Positions 34,239-44,654 of a stretch of 44,654 bases of DNA are shown in pieces. This DNA comes from Octopus bimaculoides (taxonomy: Eukaryota), in contig NC_068988.1 of NCBI RefSeq assembly GCF_001194135.2, forward strand, positions 18,789,329-18,833,982. The letters run 5' to 3'. Numbering within the stretch: position 1 is the first letter of the stretch; each line of letters starts with the position of its first letter. The translations under genes and the position numbers were made by a program. The notes under the pieces are model-generated. The model was not told where the DNA came from. It made no database searches and was given only the letters and a program-made list of their open reading frames with translations.

Positions 34239-36448
34239 TCGATAATCACGTTTTAATACAATCAGCTATGACTCACAGGCTATTCAACAACAGCGGCTTT
34301 GCACTTCATAGATGAAAAGAAGTTAGCGGAAATAAGTGTCAAGTTAGCAACTACTGAAAATTTCAAACCCGGCATAAGCACATGATAATCACAATGTTAT
34401 TGATGATGAAAACGACGATAATATGTTGTTGCTCGTGTTGTTGATGACGCTGATGGTGGTGGCGATGGTAGTGGTGGTGGTGAGGATGGCGGTCCAGAAC
34501 ATTTTGTTATGCATGTTGCACATCCTGCCGTATATAGGAATGTTCTTTAATCGTGTGATGCTCCCAGAACTGTCAACTAAACTAGTTACGTATAATTATA
34601 CAGAAAATTCATATTTAATTACTCTCAAAAATTTAGCTGCTAAAATCTCTATAAACATAATATCTTCGATTAAAATATTCTAAACGTTCTTCAAAGGTAT
34701 GTCATGGCTAAATTCTCTTTAATTCATAATGAATATTTTCATTGGTTTCACAGCAGAAGCCAATTACGAACAGCCATGAGCTCGATCACTCACTCGCTCC
34801 CCAAATTCTCTTTCCTTCCCCCTCTCTCTCTTTCTCTTGCCATCTCCCTCCCTCTCTCCCCTACCTCTCTCTCTCTCTCTCTCTTTCCTGCAAGACTAAT
34901 TACAGTTCTATGTTTGAATTTCTTCGTTACTTTGAGGTAATCATGATATCTGCCTTCGATTGATTCATGCAATGAATGTCTTCAATGGAAAAAGAGTAAA
35001 TCAATAAGATTTCGAGAGGTTTTTGTAAAATAATTAAGTTCCAGCTGATTTCATGTTGAACAATTTTTGGACCCCCCCCCCTTCCGCCATCGACCAAACA
35101 CCCCCCACGCTCACCCCATACCTCATCGATACTGTTTCTGAAAGAAAAGGAAAGTCGTTCATTCTAATTCTGAAGCAGACGTATGTCACATTTGATAATT
35201 GAGATTAAACTTCTTTCTAAAGATCACCATGAAAATTACTCAATTACACGAGATAAAACCACGTTTGAATAATAAATTAAACGTTATTTTGACTTCTATG
35301 ACATCCAGTATAAGAAAGGAAATAGTGGAGACAGTGGAAATAATGTTGGTCGCTCGGTTAGTGGTCAGTAAGTTTATATTACCTGAATTCCTCTGTATAG
35401 TTTGTGTCTAAGAATAAAGACACTTCACTCTTCTCGTTATTGATTTAACCGAACCAGCTAGGAAGACTCCACACGGCAGCTTGTCTAGTAAGAAATGCCA
35501 ATCAAATCGCTCTGAGACCATCCCCCTACTGTCTTAAAATGTCTGAAAGACGTGTGACCAAAATAACTTTGTCGGGACTCACCGCTACCATCATCATCGT
35601 CGTCGCCGTCGTCGTCGTCGTCATCATCATCATCGTTATCATCATCATCACCATCATCAACAACAACAGCAAACAACAATAACTTGAAACGAAAAATCAG
35701 TTTGGCGGTTGGTGCAATGCTGATTATCACTGCATAGGAAAACATTTATATTGTGTTTTTTTTTTGTTTTGTTTTTCTTTTATTGAAAAATATTAGTGGT
35801 TTTCTATTTTCTACCTTAAGAATGAACTATTTATTGTATCGCGTCCATATTTTCTGTATCCCAGTCACTAAGACTTCAAAAGCATCTTCTTGTATTTTAC
35901 CTCTAATTGTTGTATCAAATTCTTAACAACTCATCCCCTATTTTCTTGACGTCAGTTGAGTGGTGGGTGTGTATAAGGTGTCGAAACTGCGAAATGTTTT
36001 TAGAGAGAGACACCTGAGGAAAGAATCTCTTTTCGTTTCGTCTTACGTGTTCTTATCGTTTGTGCTTAATTTCGTCCCTGTCTGTATCTCTTTCTGAACA
36101 CAATCACACACACACACACACACACACACTGACACACATACATCTGCATACATATCGTACTCACATTACATATATTTATATAAAAACATGCGGAAGCATA
36201 GAAAAGCAAAGATAAGGATGCCAGTTAGAGACTGAACACCTTTCATTTGAAACCAAAGTATTTTCTTCATCTACTCTTCTAAGAGTTTTAAAATCTTATT
36301 TTCATTAACTGAAGTTTGCTACAGATTCGAGACGTTCTCAATACCACACCAAATCTTACCTTATCGCTGTGTCTAAATTTATTTATCTACTCAACTTAAT
36401 GCTTAATAAATATCCTGATGCACGGACACACATTCTCTCACCTTTAGC

Positions 36449-36501
<53 letters not shown>

Positions 36502-36651
36502 GAAAATTCATATCTTATGACATTAGTGTTTCTTAACATTTGTTATATGTCGAAGAATATTCATTTTGTAATCCAAACGCCAAAGTTAGAGCAGAAGTAA
36601 CTTTGGGAATATGTTAAACTGTATGATGAAACTGAGAAGCATCATAGAATC

Positions 36652-36861
36652 AGGCTGTGGATTGCCAGAATCGATAAACATAGCAAATTCCTTGCAGCAT
36701 TTGTCCTGGCTTTTAAGGATGTGAGTTCAAATCTCACCGCTATCAACTTGACTTTTTATCTTTTCAGAGTTGTAAAAATAAACTAGTAGTCAAGGACTGG
36801 TGAGTGGGAGTGGGTTCGTACACCAACCCCTCAAAATTGCAGGTTTTGTATCTAAGTTAGA

Positions 36862-36862
<1 letters not shown>
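36652..36862 (+). mobile_element. Diverged SINE family A followed by (ATT)n
   Basis: GAGTTCAAATCTC B-box; AAAATTGCAGGTTTTGTATCTAAGTTAGAA tail; (ATT)n 36863-36933. Confidence 0.7.
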
Positions 36863-36934
<72 letters not shown>

Positions 36935-36935
<1 letters not shown>

Positions 36936-37140
36936 GGCGGTGAATAGGCGGACGCAGACAATGCTTGGCGGTTTTTCGTTCGTTTTTACATTCCGAGTTC
37001 AAATCACGACGAGGTCGACCTTGTCTTTCATTCTTTCGGGATCAATGAAATAATTGCCAGTTTATCACTGGGGTCGATGTAAACGACTAAACTCTTCTCC
37101 CGCAAAATTTGTGCTCTGTTTCTATTGTAGAAAGGATCAT
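36935..37140 (+). mobile_element. SINE family A
   Basis: AGGCGGTGAATAGGC...GAGTTCAAATC...GAGGTCGAC...GTAGAAAGGAT. Confidence 0.8.
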
Positions 37141-37724
37141 TACATTTCTTAATATCTCCAGACATACTTTTAAATCCCAAAATGCTATATTTGACCACAT
37201 ATAGCTGCATGGAATAACCTTTTTTCTGATGCAGAAACTTTTATGGTGAATTTGGAAGTTTGTCCATTCCAAGTTCAGGCGGTTTGCTTTTAGACATAAT
37301 ATGCTTTTCTTAATTCTCAGATTGTATAAATAAAAAGCGGCAAGAAATGATAGTAACACTCTAAAGGAAAACTTACGAACGAAACAAAGATAAATGAACG
37401 TGAATATTGTAAAACAAGATACATTCTATTTTAAAAGGTACAATATTAATTTTCAATCAATGATTGCACTACTATTAACAAATGTATTGACTTTTTTTTG
37501 TAAAAGTAATATTTTACTTATATTAACAACATATTTATGTGTCAGATTTCAGTTGTACCAGTTCTCATAAAGCCTATCCGTCAGATGTTGATACCACTAA
37601 AATAGCAACGCTGTCAAAGGTGTCGAAACAGCGAAAGAGCCTAGAAAGAAAGCTGAGGAGAGCGCTACGTGTTATGATTTGTGCCCAATTTTTGATGGCA
37701 AATATATAACAAATTATGATTATT

Positions 37725-38343
37725 GATCTATTTCAAAACGGGGGCACCAGTATTTTCTTAACGAAACACTTTGAAACTTGGGACACTGGTAGAATGTGTC
37801 ATATAAAACATCTTTTACTCTTAGTCTTCTTAACAAACAAACGGACATCGCAAGTTATTCCATGTTAAAGTTGTCGTATTTCTGTAATTTCAACCAATCA
37901 CTGACGTCTATTCAGCTGAATAGAGTTACTGCTGGGCGGTCATAAAAATGTTATTCCCTGTGACATATTTCATCCGGTTTAATCGTAATTTATACGCATA
38001 TATTGTTTATATAATAAATTACGCTGTGCGTATCTATGTGTGTAACAATTTTAGAGTTGGGATTCTAGAGTTAGGGTTAGTTTTAGGGTTAGGGTTAGGG
38101 TTAGGGGATTAATACGATACACACCGTTACAGCGCTAACTGTTTTCAACTGAACAGACGTCAGTGATTAGTTGAAATTATCGAAATAAGACAATTTTTTA
38201 CATGAAATAAATTCGAATACAAGAATTTTTTTCTGTTCTATAACACAAAATAGATAGGTATACGAAGTTTGAAAGTCTTTCGGTACCAAAAACACTACAT
38301 AAAACATAAATGAAAACTGGTGCCCGCGTTTTGAAATAGATCC
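37725..38343 (+). mobile_element. TIR MITE (Mutator- or Merlin-like) with internal (TTAGGG)n
   Basis: 27-bp TIRs GATCTATTTCAAAACGGGGGCACCAGT and inverse (26/27 match); TSD ATGATTATT at 37716-37724 and 38344-38352; TTAGGG x5 at 38071-38106. Confidence 0.85.
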
Positions 38344-39329
38344 ATGATTATTATTACTAGTATTTCTAAAGTTGTCTTATTGGATGTAATAGCAGCATTA
38401 CGAGTCTTTTGGAGTTTAAGAATACAGAATATTAATTAGCAGGATATGGAGTGGGTAGTATAGGCGGTGAGGGCTGGAATCGAAGAAAGCGTGCAAAGAC
38501 CAATGGTATTGTTACTTCCGTTTGGTTACTGACCAACGCGAAAAACTACATAGCACGCATGGTGGCGAAGGTAATAGAACAATTTGTATCAGCGATGGTA
38601 GTCGTAGCGGCAGCGGTGTTGGTAGCGGTGATGGTAGTGTTGGTGCTGGTGATAGTAGGATAATATTACATCGTCATCATGGTGGAAACACAATTTTAGC
38701 GATGCTGTGAAAGACTGCGGTAATTGGCGAGAGAAAAGAAAGATTCTCCCTAACACTACCAAGTTAATGATGAATGCCAGCCAGAACTTAGCTTTCAACT
38801 GTGTGGCAGTAGAAACATTTATTTTTCAGAATTACTAAGAATCTATTTCTAGTAACCATACTTCAGTTCCTAATCTGTGACGAAAAAAAAATGTTTTTTC
38901 AAGTCTTTTCTTTCCTATTTTAAAACTTTCTTTCCTTCAGATAGTTTTTTCACATCATCTTTCCACTCCATACCCATCAATAAACACTTCCTTTTTCTTT
39001 CATTTCCTCTCTGGATCGTATTTAATTCAAGACGGTTGCCATTCCTATAGAGATAGACTACTAGCAGCCTAATCAACACAATCACCGGCAGCGGCGCCAC
39101 CTCATATATGTATGTATGTATGTATGTATGTATTTACGCATGCGCGTATGTATGTGTGTGTGTGCGAATATATACATGTATATAAATGTATACATACATA
39201 CATATATATATATATAAATATATATATAGTACACATTATATATATAGTCACATTCACGCCGAAACCACGGCAACGCATACAACCAAACATCTTTCCTTCA
39301 CTATCATTACGAATGCTACCTCCACCATG

Positions 39330-39830
39330 GCCGTTGCCACCACCACCAGAATCATTACTACCACCACAACCAATGATGCCAAGCTACGATTTCAATACCA
39401 CCACCATCACCACCGCCGCCATCCCCATCATCTCCACTGCCTTCACATCACCACTGCCACTTCCTCCTTCCAACACAATGGCCACCAGTATCACCACCAC
39501 CACCACCACCACCACCACCACCACCACCATCACCACCACCACCACCACCATCGCCATCGTCAACGCAATCACCACTACTGTCTCCACTAACTTTCCCATC
39601 ACAATCAGCATCATCCACAGCTCTTCATCTTCCTCTTTATCCTCCTCTTCCATCTCCTCCATCACAAGGACAATCACCACCACCACCACCACCACCACTA
39701 CCACTATCATTGGTACCATTACCAAACCACTACCACCTTATCCGAACACTCTGTAAGAAATACAACAGCCAGTTCTTGTGCCAACATCACCACCACTACC
39801 ACCACTATTACTGCGACTACTGCTGCCTCT
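39330..39830. repeat. (CAC)n-rich low-complexity tract
   Basis: Directly visible. Confidence 0.85.
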
Positions 39831-40672
39831 GCAGCTTACTTTAGCCGTTGGCATTCTATAACTCCAACACGTTTCACTAGTGCCCTACTTTGAAAAACGG
39901 AAAAACATTCGAAAAATGAAGTAATTTTCGCCAAATTCTTCACAAGAAACAAAGGCAAAAGAAAATTAACGATTCCTGAAGCAGAGTCAACGAGTAGAAA
40001 GTTCCAAATATATCATTTGCATGCTTCCATGCTGTGTAGCTTTTCCTATCCTATTGGGATTTCTGACTCTGGTTTAACTTATAATAATTTAAATGACATA
40101 CTTTCTGGCGGCTTATGCCCTTCCCCCATTTCATTATCTATGTATTTGCTTCGGTTGTGTGTATGTATTTGTGTATGTGTGTGTGTTTGCGTGGGTGTTA
40201 GTGGCTGTGCGAGTGCATATTTATTTGTGTGTGTATGTGTGTGCATTAAAAAAATTTTTTTTACCTTTTCTTCATTTGCTATTTTTCCACAATTATTTTT
40301 CTTTCTTTCTACTCAGTCGTTCACACCATGCTCTCATCCCTACTCTTCACACATATTGATAATATATATATATATATATATATATANNNNNNNNNNNNNN
40401 NNNNNNNNNNNNNNNNNNNNNNNNNNNNNNNNNNNNNNNNNNNNNNNNNNNNNNNNNNNNNNNNNNNNNNNNNNNNNNNNNNNNNNNNNNNNNNNNNNNN
40501 NNNNNNNNNNNNNNNNNNNNNNNNNNNNNNNNNNNNNNNNNNNNNNNNNNNNNNNNNNNNNNNNNNNNNNNNNNNNNNNNNNNNNNNNNNNNNNNNNNNN
40601 NNNNNNNNNNNNNNNNNNNNNNNNNNNNNNNNNNNNNNNNNNNNNNNNNNNNNNNNNNNNNNNNNNNNNNNN

Positions 40673-40703
<31 letters not shown>

Positions 40704-40729
40704 GTATATATTCTTTTATTCTTTTGCCT

Positions 40730-41050
40730 CAGTGATTTTACTGTCGGCGTGCTGGAGCACCGCCTGTAGTCGAACAAATCGACTCCAGAACTTATTCTAT
40801 CGGTCTCTTTTGCCGAACCGCTAAGTTACGGGGATGTAAACATACCAACATCGGTTGCCAAGCGATGGTGGGGGAATAAACACAGAGACACACACACGAC
40901 GGGCTTCTTCCAGTCTACCAGATTCACTCTCAAAAATTTAGTGGGCCTGAGGCTTTAGCAAACGACACTAGCCCAAGATCCCACCAAGTGGGACTGAACT
41001 CGGAACCATGTGATTGAGAAGCAAGCTTCTTACCACAAAGCCACGCCTGT
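40730..41050 (-). mobile_element. SINE family B, near full length with short internal (CA)n
   Basis: GCTGGAGCACCGCC...CTCTTTTGCCGAACCGCTAAGTTACGG...GTGGGACTGAACTCGGAACCATGTG. Confidence 0.88.
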
Positions 41051-41468
41051 ACCTAATATATATGTCTTGTGAGCGAATTTGGTTGATAGAAACTGTGTAC
41101 AAGCTCGTTGTTTATAAGATAAGTGTGTGTGTGTATATATATANNNNNNNNNNNNNNNNNNNNNNNNNNNNNNNNNNNNNNNNNNNNNNNNNNNNNNNNN
41201 NNNNNNNNNNNNNNNNNNNNNNNNNNNNNNNNNNNNNNNNNNNNNNNNNNNNNNNNNNNNNNNNNNNNNNNNNNNNNNNNNNNNNNNNNNNNNNNNNNNN
41301 NNNNNNNNNNNNNNNNNNNNNNNNNNNNNNNNNNNNNNNNNNNNNNNNNNNNNNNNNNNNNNNNNNNNNNNNNNNNNNNNNNNNNNNNNNNNNNNNNNNN
41401 NNNNNNNNNNNNNNNNNNNNNNNNNNNNNNNNNNNNNNNNNNNNNNNNNNNNNNNNNNNNNNNNNNNN

Positions 41469-41503
<35 letters not shown>

Positions 41504-41544
41504 TAAATACCTATACTTATGTGTGTGAGTGTGTATGTTGTACT

Positions 41545-41745
41545 CCCACTCCCGCTGGATAACCAGTGCTGGCTTGTTTACGCGCGTAACATAGCAGTTC
41601 GGCAAAAGAGTGTCGTGGAATTTAGTGGCAGGCTTAAAACTTATAAGTACTTTGTGTAGGGGCAATTTGTTTGACTAAAGCCGTCAAGAGGGTTCCCTAG
41701 CATGGCTACAGTCCAAAAATTGAAGCAACTAAAAGATAAAAAATA
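41545..41745 (+). mobile_element. Diverged SINE family B, 3' half
   Basis: CGTAACATAGCAGTTCGGCAAAAGAG...CTAGCATGGCTACAGTC. Confidence 0.7.
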
Positions 41746-41864
41746 ACTTTATTCTCTCTTTTAGTAAATCTACAATTTGTTATATACTTTTTGGAAAAGA
41801 AACTGTTTGTTCTGAAAGCCATTAAATGGTTTCCATCTCTGGTTTATCCATCCTTCATTAAGAT

Positions 41865-41993
41865 ATTCCCTGAGGTCGACTTTGCCTTTCATCTTTTCGG
41901 GGTCGATAAAATAAGTACATTGAGCTCTGGGATCGATGTAATCGACTAAACTCCTTCCTCGAAATTGCTGGCCTTGTGCCAAAATTTGAAACC
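41865..41993 (+). mobile_element. SINE family A, 3' part
   Basis: GAGGTCGACTTTGCCTTTCATCTTTTCGGGGTCGATAAAATAAGTAC...GGCCTTGTGCCAAAATTTGAAACC. Confidence 0.88.
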
Positions 41994-42469
41994 ATTTGTA
42001 ACCAATATTTGTCTTAGATCAAAATATCAGCTAGTCTAACTCCCTCTTTTTAACATAAAAAAATATTATAGGCTTCTTTGTTATAAGTACCAGACACGCT
42101 GTAATAAAACATGAGCGACTCAACATTAAATCGGTTCAAGGTGTAAGTGGAACAATTAAAATGTGTAAGACTTTTCTAAAGTGCAGTATGCAGCCCTTAT
42201 CGTTGCTGAAATCTAATAATTTTTTAAAAAATAAATAAAACATACATACATAGTTGTCATAGCAGTTCTATAAGGCTCAGAAAACAGAATTTTAACAGAC
42301 TTCTAAAAAATCATACACACAGACACACACTCACACACTAAGAGCTAGTTATACCCACGCATATACATGTGCATATCATTAAATAAAATGCTTGCTCGCT
42401 AATAAATTAATTAAGTCCATATTTCCTTCCCTTATAATATGTTTTCACTAATTATCTTTAAGCGAATAG

Positions 42470-42515
<46 letters not shown>

Positions 42516-42709
42516 TAGTTCGTTATATATATAATTTTTTTTTTAATTAATCCAATTTGTTGTAATTGTGATACGCTGCCGTCATTAAAACTTTATTTTA
42601 TGGCTGTGCGTTAAACCCTACCACGAATTGAGACCACATCTCGGCAAGGTCAGCTTACATTGCACTGACTCAGACGTTACTAGTTACTGCATTTGTAGAT
42701 ATTTAAGGA

Positions 42710-42785
42710 TCAGGTCATCCATAATTAAATTATCAGAGGCATTCCAGCCATGACCATCTCGTCTTTATTTCTTACACACTGTGTG
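42710..42785 (-). mobile_element. Repeat family E fragment
   Basis: ATCAGAGGCATTCCAGCCATGACCATCTC. Confidence 0.65.
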
Positions 42786-42810
42786 TAGAACCGTAGTTAC
42801 TTATATAGTC

Positions 42811-43190
42811 GTGGAGGCGCAATGGCCCATTGGTTAGGACAGCAGACTCACGGTCGTAGGATCGCGGTTTCGATTCCCAGACCGGGCGTTGTGAGTGTTT
42901 ATTGAGCAAAAACACCTAAAGCTCCACGAGGCTCGGCAGGGGATGGTGGCGAACCCTGCTGTACTCTTTCACCACAACTTTCTCTCTCTTACTTCCTGTT
43001 TCTGCTGTGCCTGTAATTCAAAGGGTCAGCCTTGTCACACTGTGTCACGCTGAATATTCCCGAGAACTACGTTAAGGGTACACGTGTCTGTGGAGTGTTC
43101 AGCCACTTGCACGTTAATTTCACGAGCAGGCTGTTCCGTTGATCGAATCAACTGGAACTCTCGACGTCGTAAGCGACGGAGTGCCAGCAA
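42811..43190 (+). mobile_element. SINE family C, full length
   Basis: GTGGAGGCGCAATGGCCCATTGG (A box), GGTTTCGATTCCC (B box), end GACGGAGTGCCAGCAA; imperfect TSD TTATATAGT/TTGTATAGT; reverse complement of 23881-24562. Confidence 0.93.
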
Positions 43191-43734
43191 ATTGTATAGT
43201 TAGTCAATTTTTTTTTTAAGGACAGTATGTTGTGATTAACCGGAGAAACAGAGATATTTTCTGCTAGTTTAGTAGGTCAAACAACCATATGAATTGGATG
43301 TCCAATATTTCAGTTTAGAGATCCTTCGTTCAACTTTTAAAGACAGAAATAGTCTTTAGACTGTGATATGAGGGAATGATGGTCGTCATTTTTAGTATGC
43401 CGTATGTCTACGTACTGGCTTCACTGCTGGCTCGAGAATGTTAAGCGTAGGAGGAAGGGGAGGAATGAGTGAAGGAAAATAGAAAGAGGAGGAGAGCGAT
43501 AGCGACAATGAGAGAGAGGGAGAGAGGGAGGGAGGAAGGGCAAGAGAGGAACTTTTCACTGTGATAAAAAATACAGTAAAATGCGTACGTAAGTTCATTC
43601 CCAACTAAAAGCAAATGGAAAACTACAACTTTTGATGACAGTCGATTGACTGAATTGTTAGAGCGTTCTATAAGATATCTGGTGATATTTGTTGTAGAAT
43701 TTTGCACATTCAGTGTTCAAACCTCGCTGATATC

Positions 43735-43810
43735 AAACTTGTCTTTAACCCTTTGGAGGTCGATGAAGTAAAGGATGAGTCAAATACTGGGGTTGATTCT
43801 CAATCCCCCC
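43735..43810 (+). mobile_element. Diverged SINE family A fragment
   Basis: CTTTGGAGGTCGATGAAGTAAAG...ATACTGGGGTTGATT. Confidence 0.55.
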
Positions 43811-43843
43811 CTCTCTCTCTCTTTCTCTCTTCCCTTGTCTTTG

Positions 43844-43881
<38 letters not shown>

Positions 43882-44209
43882 AAAATTGGTTGCATTACGT
43901 AGTCAGAATTCGTGGTAGTGGGGAACCACTCAGATAATTACTTTACTCCTCCAAGGCAACCACTTCCACTCAACCGCAGAGTGAGAATGTGGTCGCTAAG
44001 GCTGTGGTTAGAGTACAGCACACACTCACTCACACAGTCACTCATATACACACACTCATGGTGATGATGATTTCGGCCTAGTCATAAGCAATGCGTTGGA
44101 AAATAGTAAGAGTATAACATGGAATAATAAATAATATAACAGAGAAACAGAAAGAAAGAAAGGAGAGAAAGGGAAAAGGGAAATACATAACAACAACAAA
44201 AAGAAAGAG

Positions 44210-44211
44210 TG

Positions 44212-44260
<49 letters not shown>

Positions 44261-44480
44261 GAGAGAGAGAAAGAGATAGAGGGAGAAAGAGATAGAGGGA
44301 GTTAAATAAATAGAAAAAGAAAGAAAATGTATAGAAAGTTATATATGAGTATGTGTGTGTGTATTTTTATATATGGATAGATAGGCAACATTAGATATAT
44401 GGATAGATAGGGAGAAAATTAGATAGATAGATAGATGTATCGATAGATATGAGAGAAAGAGAGTGAGAGAGAGTTTTCAG
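44210..44480. repeat. (GA)n/(GATA)n tracts
   Basis: Directly visible. Confidence 0.85.
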
Positions 44481-44654
44481 AGAGTTTAATGATAAGCAGA
44501 AGTCTGTTTTTATTATCAAGACCAGCAGCCTAAATAGTTCTTGACTCTGTGTACATTAAATTGATGCTTCATCCGTCTTTTTTCTTATAGCATATATATA
44601 CATATATATGTGTTAGTATTTGGCATTTCTGATTGTTTTGTCTTTTTAAAATCG

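Noticed and set aside
39112-39756. 214-aa Thr/His-rich ORFs
   Set aside because: (CAC)n low-complexity sequence that is open in several frames on both strands, with no domain or convincing splice sites.
42811-42885. tRNA-like sequences with A and B boxes
   Set aside because: They are SINE heads continuing into SINE bodies, not tRNA genes.
1-44654. CRISPR array or prokaryotic operon
   Set aside because: No constant repeat with unique spacers and no gene-dense coding; the window is eukaryotic repeat-rich DNA.

Overview
Repeat-dense, AT-rich animal DNA from a gapped short-read scaffold; most N-gaps abut microsatellites. The SINE families strongly suggest an octopus/cephalopod genome (inference from recognised repeats, not a database match). 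No protein-coding host gene could be identified. Nearly all ORFs in the track are microsatellite or N artefacts, and the only recognisable protein fragments are transposon-derived: an R4/Dong-type non-LTR C-terminus and a mariner transposase C-terminus. The window holds several tRNA-derived SINE families, labelled here A, B, C and D, plus unclassified repeats E and G; they may correspond to described octopus OK/OR1/OR2 SINEs, which I have not verified. Other elements are a Helentron/DINE-like non-autonomous element, a TIR MITE carrying (TTAGGG)n in two copies, and Penelope-like remnants. The most interesting structure is a type I hammerhead-ribozyme-like fold with an 87-nt stem II insertion, set between 66-bp inverted repeats (about 3570-3970). 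Several low-confidence exon candidates on both strands are listed as findings only.
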